Source: Octopus vulgaris
Taxonomy: Eukaryota
Assembly (NCBI GenBank): GCA_951406725.2
Contig: OX597827.1
Location: forward strand, 54,994,001 to 55,058,000
Length of the DNA: 64,000 nucleotides
Reading direction: 5' to 3'
A model generated the notes under the pieces. That model was given only the letters and a program-made list of their open reading frames with translations. It ran no database searches and had not been told where the DNA came from. Below, piece after piece: positions 1 through 12,439 of this stretch. The translations under genes and the position numbers were made by a program. How positions within the stretch are numbered: position 1 is the stretch's first letter; each line of letters opens with the position of its first letter.

Positions 1-185
1 CATCGCTTGACAACCGATGCTGGTGTGTTTACGTCCCCATAACTTAGCAGTTCAGCAAAGGAGCCCGATAGAATAAGTACTAGGCTTACAAAGAATAAGT
101 CCTGGGGTCAATTTGCTCGACTAAAGGTTGTGCTCCAGCATGGCCGCAGTCAAATGACTGAAACAAGTAAAAGAGTAAAAGAGAG
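1..185 (+). mobile_element. SINE family A, 3' half (cut by window edge)
   Basis: Same body and CAGCATGGCCGCAGTCAAATGACTGAAACAAGTAAAAGAG tail as the other family-A copies. Confidence 0.9.
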
Positions 186-471
186 TACTTGCAAATCCTT
201 TATAAATGTATGTTCTATAAACCAAAACTGCCTTAGTAAGCAAATGTGAAGACTTAAATCAGAATAAAAGTGGACAGCTTGTATATAATTTATATGTTGG
301 CTGAGGAAGGCACCGTATTATCATCATATCTGCCTTGACATGTAAATGTCTTAAATTTCAGCAATTGAGATTCTCCAACGTATCTTTAATTTCTGGCTAA
401 ACAAAATCACTTATGATTTTGGGGAAAGAACAAGCATCACAACAACCTCTTGTCTATAAAAACTGAGACTC

Positions 472-520
<49 letters not shown>

Positions 521-747
521 ATCCTTATTTAGAAGCACACAATATCCTTTGATCCTTTACAGCGACAGATCACAAGTTTTTTTTTTCATCATATGATATC
601 TCTAATCTATTTTCATTATCTCATTGTTCCGAGCTAGCTTTGATGATTCTAGTTTTGATATTAAGTATCAGTTTAATCAATATTAAGTATCAGTTTAATC
701 AAGCACACGTTATTATCATCATCATTGTTGTTGTTATTATTATTATG

Positions 748-960
748 TCAGTGAGTTGACAGAATCATTAGTGCACTGGACTAAATGCTTAGCGGTGTTT
801 TACCCATCGCTACGTTCTGAGTCCAAATTCCACCAAGGTCGACTTTGCCTTTCATCCTCTCAAGGTCGATGAAATAAGTAAGGGTTGAGTACTGGAGCCA
901 ATGTAATCGACTTACCCCTTCCCCAAAATTGCTGGCCTTGTGCCAAATTTTAATACCATT
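748..960 (+). mobile_element. SINE family B, short-tail variant ending in (ATT)n
   Basis: Central GACTTTGCCTTTCATCCT...GGTCGAT (resembles Nin/Deu-type SINE central domain); tail GGCCTTGTGCCAAATTT. Confidence 0.85.
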
Positions 961-969
961 ATTATTATT

Positions 970-1095
970 ATTTTTCTATGTTTGACTTTTGCTTTATGTT
1001 TGTACAAGTTGGTTCCAAGCCTCACCCAGAGACCTCAAGAGACAACAGGTTGGAAGTTCACGTTGTTGTTATGCCTAGTGTGCCATATATTTGGG
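970..1095 (-). mobile_element. Dong/R4-type LINE 3' UTR fragment within (TAA)n
   Basis: Reverse complement of 60020-60142; flanked by (ATT)n. Confidence 0.65.
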
Positions 1096-1389
1096 GGGGG
1101 GGGTCCCTTTTATTATTATTGTTATTATTATTATTATTATTAATCAACTCCCAATAATTAGTATAATAATAGGTCAACTATATTGTGGATGAGTTAATCA
1201 ACTTACTCCTTCCACACATTGTATAGTCTTGTATCTTTATTGTCAATTTATTCAACCAACAAAATCATTAGCCTTGTTCCTGAGTTAAAAATAATTATGA
1301 TTATGATGGAAAGGAAGAGCATCATCAGTGTTCTTGTTGATTAGCCCCAGATAAAAGATATTTATCTATCTAATGTATGGATCTATCTA

Positions 1390-1424
<35 letters not shown>

Positions 1425-1428
<4 letters not shown>

Positions 1429-1823
1429 CTCTTTTACTTGTTTCAGTCATTTGACTGCGGCCATGCTGGAGCACCACCTTTAATCGAGCAACTCGACCCC
1501 GGGACTTATTCTTTGTAAGCCCAGTACTTATTCTATCAGTCTCTTTTGCCGAACCGCTAAGTGACGGGGACATAAAGACACCAGCATCGGTTGTCAAGCA
1601 ATGCTAGGGGGACAAACACAAACATACATGCACACACACATATACATATATATACATATATACGACGGGCTTCTTTCAGTTTCCCTCTACCAAATCCACT
1701 CACAAGGCTTTGGTCGGCCCGAGGCTATAGTAGAAGACACTTGCCCAAGGTGCCACGCAGTGGGACTGAACCCAGTACCATATGGTTGGTAAACAAGCTA
1801 CTTACCACACAGCCACTCCTGCG

Positions 1824-1825
<2 letters not shown>
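1425..1825 (-). mobile_element. SINE family A, full length (tRNA-derived head, CORE-like CCTTGGGCAAGT box, internal TA/TG microsatellite)
   Basis: Minus strand: A-box-like TGGCTGTGTGG, B-box-like GGTTCAGTCCC, 3' stem-loop and (GTAAAAGA)n tail; more than 20 related copies in the window. Confidence 0.92.
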
Positions 1826-1875
<50 letters not shown>

Positions 1876-2408
1876 TCATAATAAAATGACAATAAAAGAA
1901 TGAGACTTCAATATAATAAAAATAGAGGAATTTATATATATATATATATATATCAGTGGGCTAAAGTGAAGGCATTTGAAAGAAAAGATACACCTAAATA
2001 TAATTTGTAGAACTTTATACATGCTGGATTTCGGTTGAGCGTTCTGAATCTAGTTCTGGAAATTGTGTTTTGTAAATGACAGACTATGCTGATGATCTTG
2101 CAGATGTTTGCATGTCCATATATGTAAATATTTACAATTGAAACCAATGGTACATAGGTAATCGTTTTTTATTTCGTATATTTTCATTTATCTTGCATTT
2201 TTTTTACATTTTGGTTTCTTGCTGAGATTTTTTATCTTGGGAACACATTCTTCATGGTTATGGCGATTTGACGTCTGTGTTTAGCATATAGGCTGTCCAT
2301 TTTTAGTGTCCTCTAAATTTTGTATGTAACACAATTTTTATCTTCAGATTTTTTAAAATATGCTAAGCCACTGGTTTTAATTGATTAATATCAATTTCTA
2401 CCCTTATT

Positions 2409-2436
<28 letters not shown>

Positions 2437-2439
<3 letters not shown>

Positions 2440-2608
2440 CAGATATTTATTTGTATATTACATGTTTTTTTACATCATATATCATATATTAGCACTTTCA
2501 TCCATTCTAGTGGAGTTTTCAATTTGAAAACTCCACTAGAATGGAAAGAAACGTTAATATATGATATATGATGTAAAAAAACGTGTAATATACAAATAAA
2601 TATCTGTA
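2437..2608. repeat. AT-rich palindrome, about 170 bp
   Basis: Centre TCCATTCTAGTGGAGTTTTCAA-T-TTGAAAACTCCACTAGAATGGA; arms extend to TACAGATATTTATTTGTATATTAC. Confidence 0.9.
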
Positions 2609-3101
2609 AATATAAAACCATCCGAATTTCTGAGTACCTCATTTCTTCTAATATAAAATACCTGTACATCATCTCCAAACTTTCTAATATATATATATAC
2701 TCACACAGTTGTGGATATGTGATAAGAAGCTTGCTTCCCAGTCACATGATTCTGGGTTCAGTCCCACCGCATGGCACCTTAAGCAAGTCTCTTCTACTAT
2801 AGCCTCAGGCCAACCAAAGCCTTGTGAGTAGCTTTGGTAGGCAGAAACTGAAAAAAAACCGTTATATACATACATGTTTCCATAACCTAGCAGTTCAACA
2901 AAAGAGATGAATAAAATAAGAACTAGGCTTAAAGAAAAGTACTGCAGTGGAATCATTTGACTGGAAGAGTTCAAGTTGTTTCCCCAGCATAACCACAGTC
3001 TAATGACTGAAACAAAACATAAAACATACAAAGAATGAATGGTAATGTGTATGTGTACATATATGTGTGTGTGTGTGTATACATATGTGTGTGTGTGTAT
3101 A

Positions 3102-3472
3102 TCTATATATATAAAGCTGAAGTTGTCTGTGTATGGCAGGTTTAGTAGCCTTCAACTAACACTATCTCCTACGAGACCCTGAGGTGCAAGTTGACCAAAA
3201 TTGAGAGTACGATAGAAGAACGCTTATTCTTTCTTCCGTAGAAGAAAAAATTCAAATCGAACCATGTTAACATCAAAAATTATTTACATAAAAAAATCCC
3301 TATTTTTTACGATTTTTTGACTGCCATGTCACCATTTTTTGGTGTATTTCAACCTGAAAATTTTTCACTTAAAGAGAATAACAAGCCACATAATGCAAAA
3401 TTTTTACTTTTCGAAAATTCCAATTCTACAGGGTCGAAACAAACCGGAGCAATGCCGGGCGATACTGTTAGT
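3102..3472 (+). mobile_element. Non-autonomous Helitron-like element
   Basis: 5' TCTATATATATAAAG; 3' GC-rich CCGGAGCAATGCCGGG followed by TTAGT; inverted 3' copy at 3990-4107 keeps CTAG. Confidence 0.75.
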
Positions 3473-3937
3473 ATATATATATATATAAATTAAATAATAA
3501 GGGTAGAAATTGATGTTAATCAATTAAAACCAGTGGATTAGCATATTTAAAAATCCGAAGATTAAAAATTGTGTTACATACAAAATTTAGAGGAATGACC
3601 ACTAAAGTGGTCACCCTATATGCTAAACATAGACGTCAAATTGCTATTACCACGAAGAATGTGTATAATCTTGTATCTTTGTTGTCAATTTATTTAAACA
3701 ACCGCTTCCCCTACAAAATCATTAGCCTGTTTATATACATAGATATTAACAAGTGAAACCAATTGGTACATAGGTAATCGTTTTTATTTGGTATGTTTTC
3801 ATTTGTCTTACTCATTTCTACATCTTGGCGTTTTTGCTGAGATTTTTTTTATTGAGAATAGATACTTCATGGTAATGGCGATTTGATGTCTATGCTTAGT
3901 ATACAGTGTCCACTTTAGTCGTCATTCCTCTTAATTT

Positions 3938-3989
<52 letters not shown>

Positions 3990-3992
<3 letters not shown>

Positions 3993-4107
3993 TAGCAGTA
4001 TCGCCCGGCATTGCTCAGGTTTGTTTCGACCCTTTAGAATTGAATTTTTGAAAAGTAAAAATTGTGCATTATGTAGCTTGTTATTCTCTTTAAGTGAACA
4101 TTTTTCT
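3990..4107 (-). mobile_element. Helitron-like element, 3' fragment
   Basis: ACTAGCAGTATCGCCCGGCATTGCTC..., the reverse complement of 3355-3472. Confidence 0.75.
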
Positions 4108-4159
4108 AGTGCAGTAGTAATTCTGCCAGCTTGCTGCTTTTTTCTCACACATCAAATAT

Positions 4160-4768
4160 TGGCTTCAAATTTTCGTACAAGGCCAACAAGTTCAGGGAAA
4201 GGAATGGGTCATTTACATTGACCCTAATGTTGAACTGGTACTTACTTATTTTATTGACGCTGAAAGGATGAAAGACAAAGTCGACCTCGGCGGATTTTGA
4301 ACTCAGAACGTAAAGACAGACGAAATGACACCAAGCATTTTGCCCAGCATGCTAATGATTCTTATTTCTTTATTGCCCACAAGGGGCTAAACATAGAGGG
4401 GACAGACAAAGGGTTTAAGTCGATTACATCGACCCCAGTGTGCAACTGGTACTTAATTTATCGGCCCCAAAAGGATGAAAGGCAAAGGCAACCTCGACGG
4501 AATTTGAACTCAGAACGTAACGGCAGACGAAATACCTCTTTCTTTACTACCCACAAGGGGCTAAACATAGAGAGGACAAACAAGGACAGACAAACGGATT
4601 AAGTCGATTATATCGACCCCAGTGCGTAACTGCCACTTATTTAATCGACCCCGAAAGTATGAAAGGCAAAGTCGACCTCGGCGGAATTTGAACTCAGAAC
4701 GTTACGGCAGACGAAATACGGCTACGCATTTCGCCCGGCGTGCGAACGTTTCTGCCAGCTCGCTGCCG
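4160..4768 (-). mobile_element. Cluster of three SINE family B copies (one short-tail, two long-tail)
   Basis: Three successive GAAAGGCAAAGTCGACCTCGGCGGAATTTGAACTCAGAACG-type cores. Confidence 0.9.
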
Positions 4769-5152
4769 TCAATGATGTAAACACATTCACACACCAAATA
4801 TCAATAGTTATTTACGTTCATTCTGAAATTTGGATATAAATTTGCCAGTTAAATATTTTTGTATTTGTTTTGGTACGAAATAGTGTGTTGAATCACCTAT
4901 TGTTGTATCTTGAGAGAGTCATTTTACCAATGCTAAATACAAACCCGTGCTGTCATTCAGTTTGGCATTTCCGATGTAAGGGAGGTAACTCCGATGAATT
5001 ACTCGGTTTAGTAAATAAATGTTACAAACAGTAGCTTCCACTTACCCCTTGACACGTGTATAACAGATAATGGTTGTAGCTGTTTAATGGCAATGGCTAT
5101 CATTTTCTTCTTTCTCCTTTGCTTCTTCTTCTAATTATTATTATTATTATTA

Positions 5153-5560
5153 GGATCTTTTCGGTTTAAACGGCAGTTTTTTCTACCGGTGTCATACGAA
5201 ATTGTCACCCATAATTATGACCCTAGTATCGATCTATTGCATTTCAATCTGTTTTAGGGTTAGGGTTGGTTGGGGTTGGGGGAAGGGTTTCTTTTTTTCT
5301 TCAGAAATGTAAGTAGACCCAAGAGGGACATATTCATACGGCACAGAATGTTTTCACCTCAATAGACGTCATTGATTAGTTGAAATTGCAAAAATTGAAG
5401 AAAAAAAATAACAAATATCTTACAAACCATAGAATTTTTCTAAAATAAAGCCAAGAGAAAAAGATATTTTATAAACACATTCTACCAGTATACGAAGTTT
5501 AAAAGTGTTTAGTTACGTGGAAATTATTTTAAAAAACTGCTGGTCAAACTGAAAAGATCC
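5153..5560. mobile_element. MITE with ~30-bp imperfect TIRs and an internal TTAGGG-like run
   Basis: GGATCTTTTCGGTTTAAACGGCAGTTTTTT ... AAAAAACTGCTGGTCAAACTGAAAAGATCC. Confidence 0.8.
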
Positions 5561-6199
5561 CATCGTCGTCGGCGGCGGCGGCGGCATAATCATTAGCATG
5601 TTGGGCAAAATGCTTTGCAGTATTTCGTCCATCCTTGCATTCTGAGTTCAAATTCTGCTGGGGTCAGCTTTGCCTTTTATCTTTTCGGGGTCGATAAGTT
5701 AAGTACCAATGAAACACTGAAGTCGATGTAATTGGCTAGTCTCCTCCCCCAAAATATCAGGCCTTGTGTCTACAGCAAAAATGGATTTTTATTATTCCAA
5801 CTCTTCTTCTCCTCCTCATCTGCTTCTCACCTCCCCATCTCATGCACCATTGGCCTTCCCCATATCCACCATTCCCTCCAGTCACCCTTCACCCCTTCCC
5901 CAATCTTTGCAGATGTTGCCTAACTCTCTGTTCCTTACTAACCCGACCCCTAACCATACACTCTTGCAAACTCTGCACTCACCCATTCACACTAATGGTT
6001 TCTCTGTCCCCATTCACTTCTGCTCACCTCATGTCTTGATGTACCACCTGGGCACCTTATCACTACAATTTATCTTTTTACAGCTACAATTTGATTCAAT
6101 CTCACTCGGCTGTAAACAAAAGTAATCATGCTGCTCCTACAACAACAAGGACCTGCTCTGCCCCCACTCCACTCCTTCAGAGTTTTGTAATCTTGTGAG

Positions 6200-6535
6200 C
6201 TGCATAGCTGTGTGGTAAGAAGTTTGCTTGCCAACCACATAGTTCTGGGTTCAGTCCCACTGCATGACACCTTGGGTGAGTGGTTTCTACTATTAGTCTA
6301 GGGCCAACCAAAACCTTGTGAGTGGATTTGGAAGACAGAAACTGAAAGAAGCCTGTTGTGTATATATATATATGTGTGTGTGTCTGTATTTGACCCCCAC
6401 CACCACTTGACAATCAGTGTTTGTGTGTTTATGTCCCTGTAACTTAATGGTTCGGCAAAAGAAGACTGATAGAATTAATACTTGGTTTAAAAAATTATGT
6501 GCCGGGGTCAATTTTTTTGACTAAAAACCCTTCAA
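6200..6535 (+). mobile_element. SINE family A, 3'-interrupted
   Basis: Similarity to other family-A copies. Confidence 0.85.
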
Positions 6536-6542
6536 CTTCGTA

Positions 6543-6860
6543 CCCTAGCATGGGTTGGACGATTTGACTGAGGACTGGTGAACCAGATGGCTGCACCAGA
6601 CTCCAATCTGATCTGGCAGATTTTCTACAGCTGATGCCCTTCCTAATGCCAACCACTCTGAGAGTGTAGTGGGTGCTTTTACGTGCCACCAGCACGAAGG
6701 CCAGTCAGGCAGTACTGGCAACAGCCACGCTCAAATGGTGTTTTTTACGTGCCACCTGCACAGGAGCCAGTCCAGTGGCACAGGCAACAACTTCGCTCAA
6801 ATGTTTTTCATGTGCCAGTAAGGAGACGCTGGCACAGAAGCCAGTCAGCTGCTCTGGCAA
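6543..6860 (-). mobile_element. RTE-type 3' UTR / RTE-tail retroposon fragment
   Basis: CATGGGTTGGACG...GATGCCCTTCCTAATGCCAACCAC, also at about 11610, 28508, 42997 and 56960. Confidence 0.75.
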
Positions 6861-6882
6861 CAAACAAAATTATGAGGTCTCA

Positions 6883-7069
6883 TGAGAATTTACAAAACAA
6901 CGAAAGACGAAGATGGGTGTGTAAACAACAAACAGATGTATTAGTTTAACGCTCAGGAAGTGAGAAAGTCTTTTACATTTCAAGCCTATGCTCTTTGACA
7001 GAAAGGAAGACAGAAATAAACCGGGAGAGAAAACAGAAAAAGATATAGTGGCTAGCGATCTATCATGGC
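6883..7069 (-). mobile_element. Short Penelope-like repeat with degenerate hammerhead-like motif (copy 1)
   Basis: Reverse complement matches copies at 23462 and 31372; motif CTGTCAAAGAGCATAGGCTTGAAATGTAAAAGAC. Confidence 0.5.
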
Positions 7070-7084
7070 AAATGTCCAGGAAAT

Positions 7085-7311
7085 AAAAAATTTTTGGTAT
7101 TATTTATTCAACATTATATACATTTCATTTACTGTAAGGAATTTCCTATTGGAAATTCTTCAGACAGAGAAATTATATGATTATTTAATTTCTCTGGGTG
7201 AAGAAATTCTAACAGGAAATTCCTTACATGTCTATCTAGCATGTAAAATTTTATAATTCCTATTAACAAATGAAACATGTGTAATGGTGAATAGATAATA
7301 CCAAAAATTTT
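7085..7311. repeat. Imperfect palindrome, about 225 bp
   Basis: TGTAAGGAATTTCCT...CAGAGAAATTA / TAATTTCTCTG...AGGAAATTCCTTACA; outer AAAATTTTTGGTATTAT / ATAATACCAAAAATTTT. Confidence 0.85.
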
Positions 7312-7359
7312 CAAATTGCCTGTTTTGTTATACAATAAGTCTCTTTTTCTTTTCTTTTT

Positions 7360-7773
7360 TTTTTACTTGTTTCAGTCATTTGACTGTGGCCATGCTGTAG
7401 CACCATCTTTAGTCAAGGACTTATTCTTTTGACTTATTCCAGGACTTATTCTTTGGAAGCCTAGTACTTATTCTATTGGTCTCTTTTGCCGAACCACTAA
7501 GTTACGGGGACGTAAATACACCAGCATCAGTTGTCAAGCGATGTTGGGGGAACAAACACGGACACATAAGCACACACACACACACGCACATATATATATA
7601 TACATATATACAACAGGCTTCTTTCAGTTTCCATCTATCAAATCCACTCACAAGGCTTTGGTCAGCCCAAGGCAATAGTAGAAGACACTTGCCCAAGGTG
7701 TTATGCAGTGGGACTGAACCTGGAACCATGAGGTTCGTAAGCAAGCTACTTACCACACAGCTACTCCTATGCC
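7360..7773 (-). mobile_element. SINE family A
   Basis: Full-length similarity to 1425-1825. Confidence 0.9.
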
Positions 7774-8074
7774 TATAACTCTGCAAAAATTATTCCATAA
7801 TTCTCAATTTTAATATGTATTTTAACTAACATACAGCAGCATCTGATACTACATACTGGATTGTAATAATGGAATGAGCAGATATGCTTGTGTGTTTGTG
7901 TGTGTATGAAGGTGTTTTTGAGAGAGAAACCTCTTTGGAAATGCTATTCATTATGGGAAGTTAGTGGCTACTGGCAATGATACAGAAAACAGAGAGCCAG
8001 AATCATTGTTTTCTTGTTATCTACTCAGATATAATAGTTCTTTCCCATATTCAAAAAACATTGAATACTCTCTC

Positions 8075-8458
8075 TTTTCACTCTTTTACTTGTTTCAGTC
8101 ATTTGGCTGTGGCCATGCTGGAGCACCTCCTTTAGTCGAGTACATCGACCCCAGGACTTATTCTTTGTAAGCCTAGTACTTATTCTATTGGTGTCTTTTG
8201 CCGTACTGCTAAGTTATGGGGACGTAAACACACCAGCATCGGTTGTCAAGCGATGTTGCAGGGACAAACACAGACACACAAATGTATACACGCGCATACA
8301 TATACATATATACAACAGGCTTCTTTCAGTTTCCATCTACCAAATCCACTCACAAGGCTTTGGTCGGCCCGAGGCTATAGTAGAAGACACTTGCCCAAGG
8401 TGCCACGCAGTGGGACTAAACCTAGAACCACGTGGTTGGTAAGCAAGCTACTAACCAC
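8075..8458 (-). mobile_element. SINE family A
   Basis: Near full-length similarity to 1425-1825. Confidence 0.9.
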
Positions 8459-8593
8459 CTATGAATCCAAACTTGTTTATTATTTTCCAGAATAGAGTGA
8501 ATTCTATTGTATCAGCCTTTTTTGCCAAGCTACCAGGACATAAACAAACCAACACCAGTTGTCAAACACACACATATATATGTATATAAATAT

Positions 8594-8924
8594 ATGGCTC
8601 AGCGGTTAAAGTATTGGGTTCACAACCATGAGGTTACGAGTTCGATTGTCGAACTGGGCTGTATGTTGTGTTCTTGAGCAAGACACTTTAATTCATGTCA
8701 CTCCAGTTTCCACAGCTGTAGAAATTAGTTGTAATGTCACTGGTGCCAAGCTGTGTTGGCCTTCACCTTTCCCTTGGATAACATCAGTGGAGTGGGAGGG
8801 AGAGGCTGGTATGCATGGGCAACTGCTGGTCTTTCATAAACAATCTTACCCAAACTTGTGCCTTGGAGAGTAAATTTCTAGGTGCAATCCCATGGTAATT
8901 CATGACTGTATTGGGTCTTTACCC

Positions 8925-8925
<1 letters not shown>
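8594..8925 (+). mobile_element. SINE family C (tRNA-derived)
   Basis: TGGCTCAGCGG A-box, GAGTTCGATT B-box, GTGTTCTTGAGCAAGACACTT core, tail TCTTTACCCTTT. Confidence 0.85.
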
Positions 8926-8974
<49 letters not shown>

Positions 8975-8977
<3 letters not shown>

Positions 8978-9250
8978 TGTTCCTTCTCAAGCCACACCTG
9001 GCTCATAGGGCCGGTTTCCTTGGCGTATAGGTTCCCTATCTGGATGGGACGCCGGTCTATTGCAAGTGAGCTGCAAGATGCAGGAGGAAAGAGTGAGAGA
9101 AAGTTGTGGTGAAAGAGTCAACAGAAGTTTGCCATTACCTTCTGCCGGAGCAGCGTGGCGCTTAGGTGTTTCACTCATAAACACACACATTGCCCGGTCT
9201 GAGATTCAAACCCGCGATCCCTCTGCTCTATCCACTAGGCCATGTGTCTC
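8975..9250 (-). mobile_element. SINE family D, diverged subfamily
   Basis: Shares GGCTCAT.GGGCC, GGACGCC.GTC and AAACACACAC blocks with 26330-26634. Confidence 0.7.
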
Positions 9251-9273
9251 CATATATATATATTTCTTATATA

Positions 9274-9309
<36 letters not shown>

Positions 9310-10195
9310 TATATAAGACACACACACACACATGATGGGCTTTTTTCAGTTTCTAAATCCACTCTCGAGACTATAGTAGAAGACACTTGCCCAAGGTGCC
9401 ATACAGTGGGACTGAACTCAGAACCATGTGGTTGGGAAGCAAGCTTCTTACCACACAGCCACACCTGCAACTATGAGAGTAATTTTTAAAATAATTTTTT
9501 TTTTATAGATCTTTATCCATAAAATAGTTTTTTAGTGTTATTATGTGATGGAATTTAGAATTCATTAAAAATATACTGGCGAGAGGAGGGATACCAAGTT
9601 TCTTGAACTCTCAGAAATATTTGGCTAAGTGTCTATTTATTTATTTTAATGTTCGGCTTCTTAAAGAAAAAAGTAATGTAACCTTATACGTTTGACATTT
9701 CTAGTTATTTTATTTTAGTTTTTTTTTTTTGTTTTTTTTTTCCTTTCTTCATTTCCCCTTAGCTGTTTGTGAGAGAAGTTTAACTACTGAAACACTTAGC
9801 AACCTCACTTCTTCACTTTTCTCTTGCTGTTCGTAGAAGTTGGTTGTGGAAAATAACATTTGACAATGAAATAACTTTTTACCCAAGTATCAATTTCAAG
9901 TTTTCCTCAGAAAGTAAATATGTCTCGAGCATGGCTGCGTGGTTAAGTTAAGAAGCTAACTTTGCAACCATGGAGTTCTGGGTTCAGTCCCACTGCATGG
10001 CACCTTGGGCCAACTGATGCCTTATGATTGAATTTGATGTGGAAACCCATCATGTGTATGTGTGTGTGTGTGTGTGTGTGCATCTGCATGTAGAATCAAC
10101 TTGTGAAAAAAATATATCCATCTCGTACCTCCTGACTTTCTTTGTATTTTATATATTCCTCATGAAGTAATCTTCTTTTATTGGATTTCCTGTAT

Positions 10196-11105
10196 TTAAC
10201 CCTTTCGTTACTGTATTTATTTTGAGATGCTCTGTATTTCTTTCAATTACTTTAAATATAACAAAGAATTTAGTAAAATAACTTCATTATCATTAAGCTA
10301 GAGTTAAGAACATAAATTGTGACTAAGATTTGTCGGAAGATTTTAATTCAAAACTTATAAAAACAAGACATTTGTAATTAGAGCCAGAGCCGGTTTCAGC
10401 CGGGTTGGTAACGAAAGAGTTAAACTACATATGGCTCTACATTACACTGCTATGTCTTGACTTTCTTATCTGCTATTAATATTTGATTATGTTTTGAGGC
10501 AAAAAATGTTATTCCACATTGCCTTAATTCAACCTGGATTTAAGGAACAAATACCAGATTGTTGATTTTTTACAAGTATTGTTCACCTCTGTAGGACCTA
10601 TTTGCAGCTATAATAGTTGAAGTAATCCCTAGTTTTAACCCTTTTGATACTAACACACTCAAGACTGCTCCTGGTTCCATGGTACAAATTCCTTTTTATA
10701 AAATGATCTAAATTAAAATCCTTCATTAAAATTTTATGCTAATTTATTTTTCAAACACCAGTTTAAAAATGACTAAGCTATTTTACTAAATCCTTCATTA
10801 TTTTCAAATTTAATTGAAATGAAGACAATGTGTTTCAACAGAAATATGGTAATGAAAGGGTTTAGGGATTAGTGCCAATTGCTTTTCATTACCGTATTTA
10901 TTTTGAGATGCTCTGTGTTTCTTTCAATTATTTTAAATATAACAAAGAATTTAGTAAAATAACTTAGTTATCATTAAGCTAGTATTAGGAACATAAATTG
11001 TGATTAAGGTTTGGTGGAAGATTTTAATTCAGAACTTAAGAAAACAAGACATTTGTACTACAGAGCCAGAGGCGGTTTTGGCCGGATTGGTAACAAAAGG
11101 GTTAA
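10196..11105. mobile_element. Three piggyBac-type MITE family 2 copies in +/-/+ orientation
   Basis: TTAACCCTTTCGTTAC...GTAACGAAAGAGTTAA (10196-10423), inverted copy 10635-10864, third copy about 10880-11105. Confidence 0.85.
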
Positions 11106-11342
11106 TCTCAGGATTAAACATTGAATTTCATAGAAATAGGTTTCCTATCGCTTTTTGCAGGCATGCTGGAAACAGCATTAGTAATTTGGTTATTTGCCTG
11201 CTATTTCAATATTAGACTGTTATTCCTTGTGACACGAGAAGATTTCTTAAAAATGACTTTGGATTCTGTTAAAATACTTTATAAATTCTGTATTTCTCAA
11301 TGGCCTGAACATTAGAAAAGTCAAATAAAATATTGTTGTGAC

Positions 11343-11380
<38 letters not shown>

Positions 11381-11561
11381 TCCCCTCCTTCCTTGCTTTC
11401 ATTTTCTGTTTCTCTCCTTTTGTGTATTGTAACCTATCCTCTGGCCCAGCAGAACTTATGCTTTTCATATTCCACTCCACATCCAAGTGAATTCTGAGCA
11501 ATATTGTGAATATTGTGTGTGTGTATATTATATATATATTGTGTGCATGTATGTATGTGTA

Positions 11562-11600
<39 letters not shown>

Positions 11601-11871
11601 ATATATATCATCATTTAACATCCACTTTTCATCTTGGCATGAGTTGGACGGTTTGACATGACACTGTCCAGACTCCAATTGCCTGTTCTGGCATGGTTTC
11701 TATGGCTGGATACCCTTCCTAATGCCAACCATTTAACAGAGTGTGCTATGTACTTTATACATGCCACTGGCATTGGTGCATTAATGCAGCACTGGCACAG
11801 CTGCTTTTAAGTGGCACCAGCACCTAAAAGAACAAGCCTCTGTGTGTGTGTGGAAGTATAAATATATATAT

Positions 11872-12402
11872 ATGAGCAAAACGCCCCCCGTCCAATGGAC
11901 GGTGCTGAATCATATCTATTGAATAAAAAGCAATCAGTGTTTTCTTTTCATTAAAAAATAATTAAGCATGCCTTTATTTCAATAAAACTTTTGGTTTTGT
12001 TAAACGAAGTTAAGGCAAAAAAAAACTTCTTGAGAAACCAAATAGTCTTTCCTTCCTTCATGCCAAGTTTGAAGAAAATATCTCTTTTGCATCTTACTTT
12101 TTTGGTCTCTTAATTATACTGCATTTTGTGGCATTATTTCAAGCCATTCAGCTTTTTTTGCGCAAACTGCACGTGTAGTATCAAACACAACAGCTGATGT
12201 ACTTGCACGTACAAATGCACGTTCCCACAGTTTTATCAATCGCATTCTCACCTGGAATCGATTTTTGTAATTTTTTCAAGACTTATATATGCCCTGATAC
12301 TGTCGGTATCTGCATATCAAATTTGAGCATAATTTGATGGAGGATGCCCGAGATCCTAGAAGACACGCACACAGACACACAGAACAGATTTTATATAATA
12401 GA
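11872..12402 (-). mobile_element. Second Helitron-like element
   Basis: Minus strand starts TCTATTATATAAAATCTG...; perfect 3' hairpin CCGTCC-AAT-GGACGG about 15 nt from a degenerate CTAG. Confidence 0.6.
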
Positions 12403-12439
12403 TATTGTATATGTCTGTGTGTGTATAAGAGTGCAAGTC

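Noticed and set aside
296-350. CTGAGGA-A-GGCA...TGCC hammerhead-like start
   Set aside because: GAAA is absent (TTGAC) and there is no convincing stem I; at most a decayed relic.
1591-1875. Recurrent ORFs with ASFSFRLPNPLTRLWSARGYSRRHLPKV
   Set aside because: Antisense reading of SINE A, repeated at many copies with variable stops; not a gene family.
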